From Negaprion brevirostris (taxonomy: Eukaryota): DNA of 64,000 nt. The notes beneath the pieces are model-generated. The model ran no database searches, was not told the DNA's origin, and worked only from the letters and a program-made list of their open reading frames with translations. Position 1 is the first letter of the stretch. Every line of letters starts with the position of its first letter. Where the stretch lies: assembly GCA_030324005.1 (NCBI GenBank), contig JARDVH010000133.1:23598409-23662408 (forward strand). Direction: 5' to 3'. Of this stretch, positions 24,451 to 37,892 are shown in pieces. Made by a program: the position numbers and the translations under genes.

Positions 24451-24962
24451 CTCCTCTGTATCTTGAGATGTGAGAAGAACTTTGATAAGTCTGGCCTCTT
24501 GAGCCTTAAAAGTTGCATTTCAAAAAGATGTTTGAATTGCATTTAACGTGTAAAACATTGATATACATCGGAGCATGTGGTGGAGTGCTCAGAAAAACAA
24601 TTTAAGGTGGACATCAGTATTTATAAGTGCAGGTACTAAAAGGAATGGTATAGGCTCGAAAATTAACCTCGTAGCACCTAAATGCTGTGGTGAGAAGTTT
24701 TGGCGGTGTTTAAAAAGTATGCGCCATGCGAGTTCAACGTATTTCCATTTAAACAAAGAAAATTACAGCACAGGAGGCCCTTCGGCCCTCCAAGCCTGCA
24801 CTGACCATGCTGCCTGACTTAACTAAAACCCCTTATGCTTCCAGGGACCATATCCCTCTATNNNNNNNNNNNNNNNNNNNNNNNNNNNNNNNNNNNNNNN
24901 NNNNNNNNNNNNNNNNNNNNNNNNNNNNNNNNNNNNNNNNNNNNNNNNNNNNNNNNNNNNNC

Positions 24963-25378
24963 CGCAAGGAACTACAAAAGGTTGTGAATGTAGCCCAATC
25001 CATCATGCAAACCAGCCTCCCATCCATTGACTCTGTCTATACTTCCCGCTACCTCAGCAAAACAGTCAGCATCATTAAGGACCCCATGCACCCCGGACAT
25101 TCTCTCTTCCATCTTCTTCCATCAAGAAGAAGATACAAATGTCTGAGGTCACGTATCAACTGACTCAAGAACAGCTTCTTCCCTGCTGCCATCAGATCTA
25201 CCTCGCTCCAAAGTGATCTTTTTCTACACCCTAGCTATGACTCACACTACATTCTGCACTCTCTTATTTCCTTTGCTATGAGCAATATGCTTTGTCTGTA
25301 TAGTGCACAAGAAACAATACTTTTCACTGTGTGTTAATACATGCGATAATAATAAATCAAACCAAAATCAAATCAATC
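24963..25378 (+). mobile_element. Rex1/Babar-type LINE 3' end
   Basis: RKELQKVVNVAQSIMQTSLPSIDSVYTSRYLSKTVSIIKDPMHPGHSLFHLLPSRRRY; (AATCA)n tail. Confidence 0.8.
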
Positions 25379-25451
25379 TGTCTTTGACCACAAAGGATTG
25401 TTCTCCAACTCTACAAAGCTGCCTTTGGCTCTGCAATTGCGTCCCACGTAA

Positions 25452-25732
25452 GGGCACGGTAGCACAGTGGTTAGCACTGCTGCCTCACAGCGCCAGGAAC
25501 TCAGGTTCATTTCTAGCCTCAGATCACTGTGTGGAGTTTCCATTTTCTCCTTGTGTCTATGTGGGGTTTGCTCCGGGTGCTCCAGTTTCCTCCCACAGTT
25601 TAAAGATGTGCAGGTTAGGTTGATTGGCCATGCTAAATTGACCATAGTGTGGGGTTATGGGAATAGAGCCTGGATGGGATTACGGTCAGTACAGATGATG
25701 GGCCCTTCTGTGCTGCAGGGATCCTATGAACT
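25452..25732 (+). mobile_element. HE1-type V-SINE, near full length
   Basis: A-box TAGCACAGTGG, B-box-like GGTTCATTTC, V-domain GGGTGCTCCAGTTTCCTCCCACAG, CR1-type tail. Confidence 0.85.
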
Positions 25733-26739
25733 GCAGCATAAGACATGTCTCTGAGATCACAATGCTAGCTCTAATTCCAGCAACCAACCCTCACCATTCA
25801 GTGACCTATTTTGGCTGTCCCCACTACAGCCAAGTGACATGAAAGGAAAAGATAAAATGTGTATGTCCAACTTTTACAATAGGCAGCTTCAAGCTCTAAT
25901 AGTGAACTTACCAAGTAGTCGAGATAGATTTGATTGAAACACAAAACCTGTTATCTTGACCAGCTCTCAGTTGCAACCTACTACACTCCTCACATCTAAA
26001 ATTACTTAATTGATATACTTGACATTCTTAAGAAGAATGCATGGGTTTTACGCTTTAGTCACATCGGGGGGGTTTTAAACTTGACATAATGTGGAAAGCA
26101 CGCAGTGTAAATAATCTGCCATCTGAAAACCATGGACAACGTAGTAAAAGATCTGGGTGTAAATAACTGCACCTTTTCACTGCTGGCAGGAACTTGCAAG
26201 ATCTGTTTTGGGGCTATTGATAAATCAATAGTTTAGGGGAAAATAACATTAATAAGGAAAACGCAAAAGAAATGTAAATCTGAAACCGAAACAGATTGCT
26301 GGAAGGAGTTAGTGGATATCTGTGGAGAGAGGAAAACAGGTAAATTGATAGTTCAGATGTGTAGTCATCAACACAACATTGGGCTACAATGAAGGGCTCA
26401 CATGTTAACGTGTCTACATAGACACGGGCCAAAAATTGCGCATTTCCATCATTTTCTGCTTCTGTTTTCGAAGAAGCCTAAATGAAGGAAGGAACAGTCT
26501 TTGTTCTCCAGGAAAACAATCTTTCCAATGTCCAATTGCTGAATTAAAGTCCAACTGAGTGGAATTCCGCAGGCTGATCTACTTTGTGAATATGAACAAG
26601 TAGTTACAATAGGGTGAGAGCTAATTATTTCTCACTATTTGTTTAGAGGTGCTGTGCTAAATCATAGTTGGAGATCAATTCATACAATGGCAAAATCCCA
26701 CTGTCACAAAATGATGTAATCCTTAAATAGTTCTCAAAT

Positions 26740-27045
26740 CATCGAATCATACAATGTAGAAGGAGGCCATTTGGCCCATTGAGTCTGCACCAACCACAAT
26801 CCCACTCAGGCCTTATCCCCCTTAGCCCATGCATTTACCCTAGCTAGACCACCTGACACTAAGGAACAATTTAGCTTGACCAATTCACCTAACCAGCACA
26901 CCTTTGGACTGTGGGAGGAAGCCAGAGCACCGGAAGGAAACCCATGCAGATGCGGGGACAACGTGCCACAGACAGTGACCCAAGCCGGGAATCGAACTCA
27001 GGCTTCTAGTGCTGTGAGGCAGCAGTGTTATCCACTGTGCCATCT
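26740..27045 (-). mobile_element. HE1-type V-SINE
   Basis: CCGGGAATCGAAC B-box on the - strand, V-domain, CR1-type tail. Confidence 0.85.
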
Positions 27046-27194
27046 TACTATCCCCTTCAGTGTATTTTAATATTCTATTAGGACACACTGAAGATGTGAA
27101 ACTATATTGTGGCCATAAATGAATGAAGAAAAAATACTAAGAATTAAAATGAAAATGAATTCATCAATGAAATTAAAAAATCATTTTATGTTAC

Positions 27195-27540
27195 TAAGTA
27201 TTAATGTTGCAGGGCTGATAACCTAGAGACCCAGGCTAAATGACAATGGATTTGATGGCAGCTGGTGGAACTTGAATTCAATTAATCTGGAATTAATGGT
27301 GACTGCAAAACCATTATCAATTGTTGCAAAGCCCATCTGATTCATTAATATCCTTTAGGGAAGGAAATCTACCGTGTTTACCTAGTCTGGCCTACAAATG
27401 ACTCCAGATCCACATCAATATGGTTGACTCTTAACTGCCCCTCTAAAATGGCCCAGCAAGCCACTCAGTTCAAGAGCAATTAGGGATGAGTAACAAAGCC
27501 TGGGGCCATGCTGGCGGCACCCACATCCCATGAAATATTT
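27195..27540 (+). mobile_element. tRNA-derived SINE, same family as 2578-2917
   Basis: CCTTTAGGGAAGGAAATCT core and GCAATTAGGGATG...CCACATCCCATGAA tail. Confidence 0.7.
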
Positions 27541-27577
27541 TTAAAAGAGAAACGATATGGCAAATAATGGACATACT

Positions 27578-27915
27578 CTGCTGGATTTTCCAGCCTTGCT
27601 CGAGCAAGACAGGAAAATCCCACCCGAGGTCAATGGATATTTCCATTGTCCACCTGTTGGCCGCTCCAATTCCATGGCACGTGGGGCGGTAAAATTCCCA
27701 TCATTGAAAGAAATCTTCCGGCTCTTCATTGTCGGCAGGATCTTTTGGTCTTGCCCTATGGTACACCCTTGCTGTGAGTTTCCCGGCGGCATAAGGCGGA
27801 GTCAGTGGAAATTCCACTGGTAGTGGCGGGACCAGAAGATCTCTCCATCGGCTAACATCACGCTGCCTCCTGCCGCTGGGAAACACGCCGCAGGGAGGCC
27901 AGAGAATCTCACCCA
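27578..27915. mobile_element. GC-rich MITE-like repeats (two adjacent)
   Basis: GGATTTTCCAGCC...GGCGGTAAAATTCC with short inverted ends; related copies at 44615-44725 and 51824-51952. Confidence 0.55.
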
Positions 27916-28114
27916 CTAACCTAAAGTTAAGAACAGGTATCTGAATCTGGAGAATCACTAAGAGCAGGAACGTCTCTACCTGATTGTAAGACATTTCGTT
28001 TGCAGAAAAGTCTGTGGGGTCTAAACATGATAGCCCTCAAAAATGGGCTCTGGGTCACAATGCATGATTAACCCATGTCTTTTGTTTAAAATAGTATTCA
28101 GTGAGTTGCCTCAC

Positions 28115-28880
28115 TAAAGAACAAACAAAATTACAGCACAGGAACAGGCCCTTCGGCCCTCCAACCCTGCATCAACCACGCTGCCCGACTTAACTAAAAC
28201 CCCCTACCCTTCCAAGGACTATATCCCTCTATTCCCATCTCATTTGTGTACTTGTCAAGACGCCCCTTAAAAGTCTCCACTGTGTCCTTTTCTATTACCT
28301 CCCTCGGCAACGAGTTCCAGGCACTCACCACTCTGTGTACAAAATCTGCCCCGCACATCTCTTTTAAAACTTTGCCCCTCACCCCTTAAACCTATGCCCC
28401 CTAGTAACTGAGTCTTCCACCCTGGGAAAAAGCTTCTGATTATCCACTCTGTCCATCCCCCTCATAATCTTGTAGACTTCTATCAGATCTCCATCGCTCC
28501 AGTGAGAACAAACCAAGTTGCTCCAACCTCTTCTCATAGCTAATGCCCTCCACACCAGGTAACATTCTGGTAAATCCTTTCTGTACGCTCTCCAAAGCTC
28601 CTACATTCTTCTGGTAATGTGGTGACCAGAATTGAACACTATATTCCACTTGCGGCCTCACTAAGGTTCTATAAAGCGTCAACTTGACTTGCCAATTTTC
28701 AAACTCAACACCGCGGTAGATGAAGGCAAGCATGCCATATGCCGCCTTCACTACCTTCTCCACCTGCATTGCCACTTTCAGTGACCTCTATGCCTGTACA
28801 CCCAGATCCCTTTGCCTATCAATACTCCTAAGGGTTCTGCCATTTATTGTATGTTTCCTATCTGTATTAGATCTACATAT
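28115..28880 (-). mobile_element. CR1/HER1 LINE 3' portion
   Basis: LYRTLVRPQVEYSVQFWSPHYQK...LESVQKGFTRMLPG and VVSAWNSLPREV motifs; AAAGAAC-type tail. Confidence 0.9.
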
Positions 28881-28944
28881 CTATATTAGATCATACATAT
28901 TCAGAAAAAGAATGTTGTAATGAATTGTATTTCACTGTGGTAAT

Positions 28945-29590
28945 TTGATTTATTAGTGTCACATGTATTAGTACACAGTGAAATGTATTGTTTCTTGCGC
29001 ACTATGTAGACAAAGCATACCGTTCAGAGAGAGGGGAAATGGCAGAGAATGTAGTTCTACAGTCGTAGCTAGGGTGGAGAGAAAGATCAACTTAATACAA
29101 AGTAGGTCCATTCAAAAGTCTGATTTCAGCAGGAAAAAGGCTGTTCTTGAGTCAGTTGTGACCTCAGACTTTTGTATCTTTTTCCCAGTGGAAGAAGGTG
29201 GCAGAGAGAATGTTTGGGATAGGGTCCTTAATTATGCTGGTTGCTTTGCCGAGGCATTGGGAAGTGTAGACAGAGTCAGTGGATGGGGGTCTGGTTTGAG
29301 TGATGGATTGGGCTACATTCACGACCCTTTGTAGTTTCTTGCAGTCTTGGGAAGAGCAGGAGCCACATCAAGCTGTGATACAACCAGAAAGAATGCTTTC
29401 TATGATCCTTTGTGAAAATTGGTGAGAGTTGTAGCTGATATGCCAAATTTCCTTGGTCTTCTGAGAAAGTAAAGGCATTGGTGGGCTTTCTTAACTATAG
29501 CGTTGACGTGGAGGGAGCAGGACAGGTTGTTGGTGATCTGGACACCTAAAAATTTGAAGCTGTCGACCTTTCTATTTCGTCCCCGTTGAT
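28945..29590 (-). mobile_element. Rex1/Babar-type LINE 3' portion
   Basis: Reverse-complement homolog of 24963-25378, extending into the RT C-terminal region. Confidence 0.8.
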
Positions 29591-30569
29591 AAAGTTAATG
29601 TTGGTTACCATCATGTTTGTGCAAAGAGTTGTTTTTCGCAATGGCATGTTGCACCATGATTAGAGAAACAATGATTAAGCATTGATGTGTTAATTTGCTA
29701 GAAAAGGATTAATGAAGACTCAACAGTAAAGATGATGGGTTGAAAAAGTAAAGTTCTTGAAGTTCAAGATGGTCTAGCCTAAATTAACTGGCAGAAAAGC
29801 TAACAAAAGATCAGCAATAAGAAATGTTCAGATTTTAGTTGTCCAAAGTAAATCTATTCCAATAATTGCAATCAATCTGTTGAAACCAAGTCATGTTTGA
29901 CAACTGATTTTTGTTTGCTGGTGAAAGCAATATGGTAGATATAGACTATATGGATTTTCAAAAGGCAATCAATAAAGTGTCACGAAGAGGTTCATTGGAA
30001 AAACCCAGATAAATGGTAGAGGCATTGGTGGGCTTTCTTAACTATAGCATCGAGGGAATGTGGAGGCACAAAAAGAAAGTTTGATTGATAAACTGAAATT
30101 TGCATTAGTAGACGTGTGTTGTTTAGACTGGGAAAATATTGGAAATTACCCCAGCACTCAGTGCTAAGTGTAGACTGCTTTTAGGTGATTTCGACTGAAA
30201 CAGGAGCCTGCATCTCAAAATTAGCTGATGAGACAAAATGAGAGACTTGTCAAGTAACGAGGAGGGCTGTAGGAAAAGATACTGGATAGGTGGAATGGGC
30301 ACTCAAGTAGTAGATGCAATTTAAAGTGACAAATGTGAGTTATTATATTTCTAGGCAGAAACACAAGAAATAGAAATACTCACTCAAAGAAAAGATGTTA
30401 GTTGGTGAAGATGAATTGAGAGATCCAGGGATTTAAATAGATAATTTCTTGAAAAGTGAGTACCTTTAGATACAGCCCAGTGACATTTGGGATATATATA
30501 TTGACGTAAGACTAAAGAAGAAATGATGAATTTGTACCAAAGGTTGGTAAGGTTACATGCTGCCATGTA

Positions 30570-31445
30570 CTTTTCACATATGCTGATGGCAACCAGCTCG
30601 ACCTTATCACCGTCTCTTGCACACCTCCACTAAATTATCAGCTTGCTTATCTGACCAACATCCAGTACTGAATAAGAGAAATTTCTTCCAATTAAATATT
30701 GGGAAGACTGAAGCCAATGTTTTCTATCCCTGCTCCAAACTCTGGTCTGTAGCAAATGACTTCAATCCACTCCCTGACAGCTTGAGATTAAGCCAGTCTG
30801 ATCACAAACTTGGTGCTACATTTGATTCCAAGTTGCATGCCAACCTCATATTTGTGCCATCACTGAGACCACCTACTTCCACCTCCATAACATTGCCTGC
30901 CTTCACCTTGTCTCTGCTGATCGGCAGCTGAAACCCTGATTCATGCTGTAGTTGCCTCTAGACTTGCCTATTCTAATTGGCTGGCCTCCCATCTGTAAAC
31001 TTCAAGTCATCCAAAACTGTGCTGCCTGAGTCTTACCTCAGAACCACCCTGTGCGTGACCAGCACTGGATCCAGGTCAAGCAACATCTTGATTTTAAATC
31101 CTCATTCTTGTTTTCAAATCCCTCCAGAGCCTCACTCCTGCCTATCCCAACGGTCTTTTACAGCCCAAGGTTCGTGTGCTCCTTAATTCTGATCACTTGT
31201 GCATTCCTATTCATGATTGCTCCCCTATTTGTAATCGTGATTTGGAATCTACCCACTCCCATCTCTCTGCCTCACTTTCCTCCTTTAACACGTTCTTAAA
31301 CTTGACCTCCTTGACCAAGTTGTGGTCATCTGATCTAAGGACTCCTTAAGGCACTTGGTGCTACAGTTTGTTTTATAATGTTCCTGTGAGGCACCTTGGG
31401 ATATTTCCATTACATTAAAGGCCCTATGTAAACACAAGTAGTTGC
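30570..31445 (+). mobile_element. L2-type LINE 3' portion nested in an older CR1 remnant (about 29700-31640)
   Basis: YAD-like start, NFFQLNIGKTEA motif, and L2 tail CACCTTGGGATATTTCCATTACATTAAAGGCCCTATGTAAACACAAGT. Confidence 0.75.
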
Positions 31446-32619
31446 AAGTTCACAATTAAGAATACTGTATATAGTTTTGGATGCCACCATAGGAATAAAA
31501 TGTAATCATGAGGAGAGAGGTTAGGTTAAGTTAATCTGAGCATCATGAGCCAGAAACCAGTGCATCTTTTTTAAGCAAAAATTGGATAAATATCCAAAGC
31601 AGGAGAAGTAAAGACTTCGAGAAGGTAGTAGGCCACTGAGATTTATGTTAAAATAAGCATGGTACTGTGGATGATGGAACCTGAAGCAAGAACAGAGGAT
31701 GCTGGAAAAACTCAGCATTGGAGAGAACCAAAGTTAACATTTCGAGTCCTTAGACTTAGAAACTGGAGAAACTGCAGCAAAAAGTAAGCAACATTAAGAA
31801 CAAAAGACAGGTGGTTATGGTGTGAGGGGATGGGGGCGGGGGCGGGGGGTGCGAGGTTGGTGGTTGGATTAAGGTAGTACATGTATGGGATTTTTTTAAA
31901 AAGTGGAATTTAAGATGAAGGGGGAAGGCCAAAATCTAAANNNNNNNNNNNNNNNNNNNNNNNNNNNNNNNNNNNNNNNNNNNNNNNNNNNNNNNNNNNN
32001 NNNNNNNNNNNNNNNNNNNNNNNNNNNNNNNNNNNNNNNNAGATGACGGGGGAAGCCCAAAATCTAAAGTTGCTGAACTCAATGTTGATACCCAAGGGCT
32101 GCAACATGCTCAACTGGGATTCATGTTGAGTTGTTTGACTAATACCCTCCTCTTGCACTGTAAATCTGAAATGTTCTTTGTAAAATTATACTACATATTT
32201 TTAAGAATCTTACTAATTGGTCTCCCATGGTGTTATATTTTGGTAGTTTGGGTCCAAAACACATTTGTGATGTTTATATGCAAAGTTAAATATATTGCGC
32301 TTGATGCGTGCTATTCCTTTTAAGGCAGTTACAATACACTGACAAGGAAGTGACCTGATTACACATCTGCGAAAAGGAAAACATGAGAAAGCCACTTGCA
32401 AGGTTGACAAGAATTTAGTGGCTATGGGCTTTTCATAGCTGTTTATATTTATATAAATATATATTACATATTTATAATACTGGAATTGGGTTGTCACTAC
32501 TTCATTTTATGCTTAAAGCTCTCTGTTGAAAAGCGTGACGTACATTTAAATGAAACCTTTTTTTGTTTCAAAATTGCATTGCAGGCAGATTGAAGTATAC
32601 AAAGCACTTTGCATTCTTA

Positions 32620-33030
32620 AAGCACTTTTCATCACACCAGCACATCCCAAAGCACTTTGTCGCTAATAAAGTATCTTTGAAGAATAGTTACTGTTGTAAT
32701 GTAATAAGCACCACAGCCCATTTGTACACAAGCAATTGACTATTTACATACTTTATGTGCATACAACACAATGTTCCACAGAAAGCAATCTGATACCGGA
32801 CAAGTATTTTTTCTATTGGCTAGGACACCAGGGACACCTTCCCTGCTGCTGTTTGAATAGTGTATCAGGATCTGTTACATCCAGTTGGGACTGCCAGTGG
32901 GGCCTCAGTTTAATGTTTCATCTGAAAGCCAGTAGCTCCAATATGCAACATTCTTGTCAGGTGTTAGCTTAGATCTTGTGCTGAAGTCTGTGTATTGTGA
33001 CTTAAACCCACAGTCTTCTGCTTCAGAGGT
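32620..33030 (-). mobile_element. DeuSINE (SacSINE1-like)
   Basis: Reverse complement resembles 56648-56975 (GGCTAGGACACCAGGGA...CCCTGCTGCTGTTTGAATAG...GGGCCTCAGTTTAATGTTTCATCTGAAAG). Confidence 0.7.
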
Positions 33031-34388
33031 TGTCATGTTGATAAGTTTGGAAATATCCAGAATTCATATAAGATGAGCATATTTAAAATTAATTAGGATG
33101 CTATTTTTGGTGCATAGGGAAAATTGGCAAGGAATCTCCCTGGACACAATGGAGATGGGTAATGCGGAAGGACTGTGACATATAATTAATTACTTATAAT
33201 GCCTGAAGAGGATGAAGGCACCAGGAAAGGAACTTGAGCCAGGTGGCAATCCACCTGGGGCAGTGTGGAAAGACTGTAAAGGCAAAGAGGGGGATAAGAA
33301 TTCGGAGAAGGGATCAAGCAGACTTGAATTCTCATTAATGGTAGGCCCTGTGGACAAAAGATGGCTGATCATAGTGTCTTATCTCTGTCTTGCTTAACCT
33401 GTCCCTGATATGGTACAACATACCATTTTCTTTCTTAGACTTAACTCTCGTGCCCAATTCTCCTTCATTCCCTTCACTTGGCTCCATTCCTAATTGTTTG
33501 AAAGCAGTCAAAAATATCGAGCCATGGATTCTATTCCTATTCCTATACAGCCATTTCCTAAGTCCCTGAAGGATTTATACTTGGCTCCCAGCTCCTTATT
33601 GTGTTGTCACTTGGTAGCATTAACTGCAGGCATGGAAGCAGCTTCCATGTATATGCAATCAACACAAGGTTCTACTCTGACACTTTATTTCTCCTAGAAC
33701 CAGCTCCGTGAAGTCTGACTGCCTCTCAAGTAAAGAAATTGGGCAAGAAATTGCTTGCAGTTAGGTGTGACACAGGAAGTGTGTTGTGATGACAGGAAAT
33801 GTGCACAGTTGTACAGTTTTTGTTAGACTAATTGATGAGCATTTGAGAAGGAAAGTAATGACAGCTAACGTGAGCTGGATATCGTTCTGAACCAGGGCTC
33901 TATCCCACATAAGAGAGTGAATTGATTCAATGTGGTTGTTAACTCATTTAATGTGTATCCCTCAAAGTGAGTTATTTGCTGAGAATGATTAAATTTACTT
34001 TCCCAAAATGTGAAAGTAAGAGATTTTCAACAAAGAATTACCATCCAGCTATAAAATTCTTGCTTTTAACTTCAAGCAACTTTGAGGGAAAAGGAAAAGA
34101 CAACTACAAGAAAATAAAAGAATTTTTAAACTCCCAATGGTCACTTGCTGCAAATTTCTAATATTTGCTGCACTATTATCATTAAATCTTAGAAAGTAAA
34201 TTATTTTAGAACGTCATATTTTCTCACCGTCTCATGAGAAATTGTCAATCCCAATATTTCAGTCTTATAGTAAATTTGCTAAGTGTTATCATTTGTCGTG
34301 ATGTTGAAAGGACAGTTGGTCTCCCTCCTTGTGTTATACTGAATTTTGGTACTTCTGTGTACAGGCTCTGGGGAAGAAACTGATCTGA

Positions 34389-34775
<387 letters not shown>

Positions 34776-35291
34776 TAGCTCAGTGTGCCTTTGTACATTG
34801 TTTGAAGTAAAGAGTATTTTGAGCACAATAAAACATTGAATGAGGAGCTCCCGGACTATTGCACTGTTCGGTCAATGTGAAAAGGGGGCGTTTAACTCCA
34901 GATCAGGTCTGGTGTGACTCTGAACTGTAAACAAAAAAATAGGGTTTCAACAAATCACCTAAGACACAGCAGGATTATAGGTACACCATCTAATCATCCA
35001 CCCTGTTCTGATTAAGCTAGTTAATAAATTGTTAGACGTTCAACTTTAAAAGGCAGCCAACAGTANNNNNNNNNNNNNNNNNNNNNNNNNNNNNNNNNNN
35101 NNNNNNNNNNNNNNNNNNNNNNNNNNNNNNNNNNNNNNNNNNNNNNNNNNNNNNNNNNNNNNNNNNNNNNNNNNNNNNNNNNNNNNNNNNNNNNNNNNNN
35201 NNNNNNNNNNNNNNNNNNNNNNNNNNNNNNAAGATGTGAACATTTTCTTGGTCAACAAAACACCTTTTTTTTGTCAACGCGTCGTAATTGT

Positions 35292-35552
35292 CGGCAAGGT
35301 GGCACAGTGGTTAGCACTATTGCTTCTCAGCGCCAGGGATCCACGTTTGATTCTCAGTTTGGGTCACTGTCTGTGCAGAGTCTGCAAGTCCTCTGTGTCT
35401 GCGTGGGTTTCCTTCCACAGCCCGAGTGACATGCTGGTTAGGTGCATTGGCCATGCTAAATTCTCCCTCTGTGTACCTGAACAGGTGCCAGCGTGTTGCG
35501 ACTAGGGGATTTTCGCAGTAACTTCATTGCAGTGTTATTGTAAGTCTACTTG
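35292..35552 (+). mobile_element. V-SINE, alternative-tail subfamily; tail continues at 36853-36882
   Basis: A-box TGGCACAGTGG, body, tail ACTAGGGGATTTTCGCAGTAACTTCATTGCAGTGTT. Confidence 0.8.
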
Positions 35553-36852
35553 ATTAGGATAGTCAGCGTGGCTTCGTCAGAGGGAGTTCATGCCTAACAA
35601 ATTTGATTGAATTTTTTGAGGTGGTGACTAGGTGCGTAGACGCAATTAGTGCAGTAAAGGTAGTTTATATGGATTTTGGCAAAGCCTTTGACAAGGTCCC
35701 ACATGGGAGACTTGTAAAGAAGGTAAATATACCTGGGATACATGCACATTATAAAATACTTTGCCATTTGACAAAGTGGATTCAAAATTTACTCAGTTGT
35801 AAGAGACAGAGGGTGATGACAGAAGCTGCTTTAATTACTGGAAGCCAGTGTCCAGTGACATACCACAGGGATCTATGTTGGGCCCCCCTATTATGCGTCT
35901 TTTATATAAATGACATTGATGATTATGTGGGAGGCGGGTAGGATTAGTAAATTTGCAGATGACACAAAGATTGGACAGATGGCTAGCAGTGAGGTGGAGC
36001 GTCTTGGACTACAAGAAGATATAGACAGAATGGTCAGATGGGAAGATAAGCGATAGATAGAATTTAACCCTGAAAAGTGTGAGGTGATATTCCTTGGAAG
36101 GAGTAATTTGACAAGAAAGTACTCAATGAATGGTAGGACAGAAAAGTTCTGTGGAACAAAAGGACCTTGGCGTGTTTGTCCACACATCTCTGAAAGTGAA
36201 AGGGCATGTTAGTAGGGTGGTGAAAAAGGCATGTGGGAGACTTGCCATTATCAATCGAGGCATAGATTACAAAAGCAGGGAAATCATGTTGGAGCTGTAT
36301 AGAATTTTGGTGAGGCTACACTAGAGAGAGTACTATGTGCAGTTCTGGTCGCCACATTATCAGAAGGATGAAATTGCACTAGAGGGGAATGCAGAGGAGA
36401 CTCACCAGGATGCTGCCTGGAATGAAACATTTAAGTTATGAAGAGAAGTTGCATAGGCTTGGGTTGTTTTCATTGGAGCAGAGAAGACTGAGGGGTGACC
36501 TGACTGAGGTATACAAGATTATGAAAGACATGGACAGAGTGGATAAGGAGTAGCTGCTCCCCTGAGTTGAAGGGTCAATCACGAGGGGACATANNNNNNN
36601 NNNNNNNNNNNNNNNNNNNNNNNNNNNNNNNNNNNNNNNNNNNNNNNNNNNNNAGTGGTGATGGCCTGGAACGTGCTGTTTGGGAGGCTTGCCTCGTATC
36701 CTTTAAAAAGTACGTGGATGAGCACTTGGCACATCTTAACAATTGGCTGTGGGCCAAGTGCTGGTAGATGGAATTAGGCGGGAGTTCAGGTGTTTCTAAT
36801 GAATCAGTGTGGACTCGACAGGCCGAAGGGCCTCTTCTTCACGGTCTGATTT
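35553..36852 (+). mobile_element. CR1 LINE (RT to 3' end, disrupted) inserted into a SINE tail
   Basis: SCLTNLIEFFE, VYMDFGKAFDKVPHGRL and SKFADDTKIG RT motifs; flanked by a TACTTG repeat. Confidence 0.9.
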
Positions 36853-36954
36853 TACTTGTGACACTGATAAATAAACTTTAAAATTAATTTTGTGCATTGT
36901 TTTCTGAGCTGTTCTGCAATACTCAATATTGACTGAATTTTTTTCATTAATCCT

Positions 36955-37180
36955 TTTATTATTTGATTTATTATTGTCACGTGTATTGGTATACAGTAAA
37001 AATGTTGTTTCTTGCGTGCTGTACAGGCAAAGCGTATTGTTCATTGAGTACACAGTGGGGAAGGAAAGGAGAGGGTGCAAAACATAGCGATACAGCCATA
37101 GTTAGGGTGTAGAGAAAGATCAACTTAATATAAGATAGGTCCAGTCAAGAGTCTGACAGCAGCAGGGAAGAAGCTGTTTT
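36955..37180 (-). mobile_element. Rex1-type LINE 3' end
   Basis: Same tail as 7120-7395. Confidence 0.75.
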
Positions 37181-37892
37181 GACCCAGATTTCAAAGCTGT
37201 ACTTCAGACTTTCAACTCTGGCCCCTCAAAAACTCAATGTAACCTGTTCAGTTCAAGTGTCTGAGACCTAATGATGTTTTAAANNNNNNNNNNNNNNNNN
37301 NNNNNNNNNNNNNNNNNNNNNNNNNNNNNNNNNNNNNNNNNNNNNNNNNNNNNNNNNNNNNNNNNNNNNNNNNNNNNNNNNNNATCAAAATTTGCCCAAA
37401 GTATATTTTATCAGTTAAATGTACAAAAAGTAGTGTTTGTTCGTTATCAATCTACATGCTTTTCCCATGAAAGGGGAAGGAAACTCCAACAGAGTACATT
37501 TTGTTCCGCATAAATTTTACCAGTTCTAATCAATACAGAAACCCTCTTCTAGGCTGCTTTGATGGTGTAAAATCCCTGAAAACCACCCTAATGGCTGGAG
37601 TACAGCATCCAGAAATAATTTCATCCCCAAAATGCTGAATTCGAAAGTGTTGCATGGCTCTGGAAAACATTAATACAGGTGCACAGTGCAAGAACATTAA
37701 ATCTCAAATAAATTCTAACCCCACAATTTGAAGATAGTTATTAGGAACTAATTACATATGGGAGTAAAATAAAGAAATAACAGTAGGATCACCACATGAA
37801 CGAGAATCTTTCTAAAGATGCTTTATTTAGCTCCAGAAGTTTGGAAAGTAATTTCCTCTTCATCTGCAAGTGAGCCATATTGTTCTCAAGTT

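Noticed and set aside
25452-25530. tRNA-like A and B boxes (also at 35292 and 43355)
   Set aside because: SINE heads continuing into V-domain and LINE-derived tails; not tRNA genes.
31912-32068. About 28-bp direct repeat flanking a 100-N gap
   Set aside because: Most likely unmerged overlapping contig ends or haplotypes.
35603-36324. Reverse-transcriptase ORFs as a host gene or retron-like system
   Set aside because: Frameshifted, 5'-truncated CR1 LINE ORF2.
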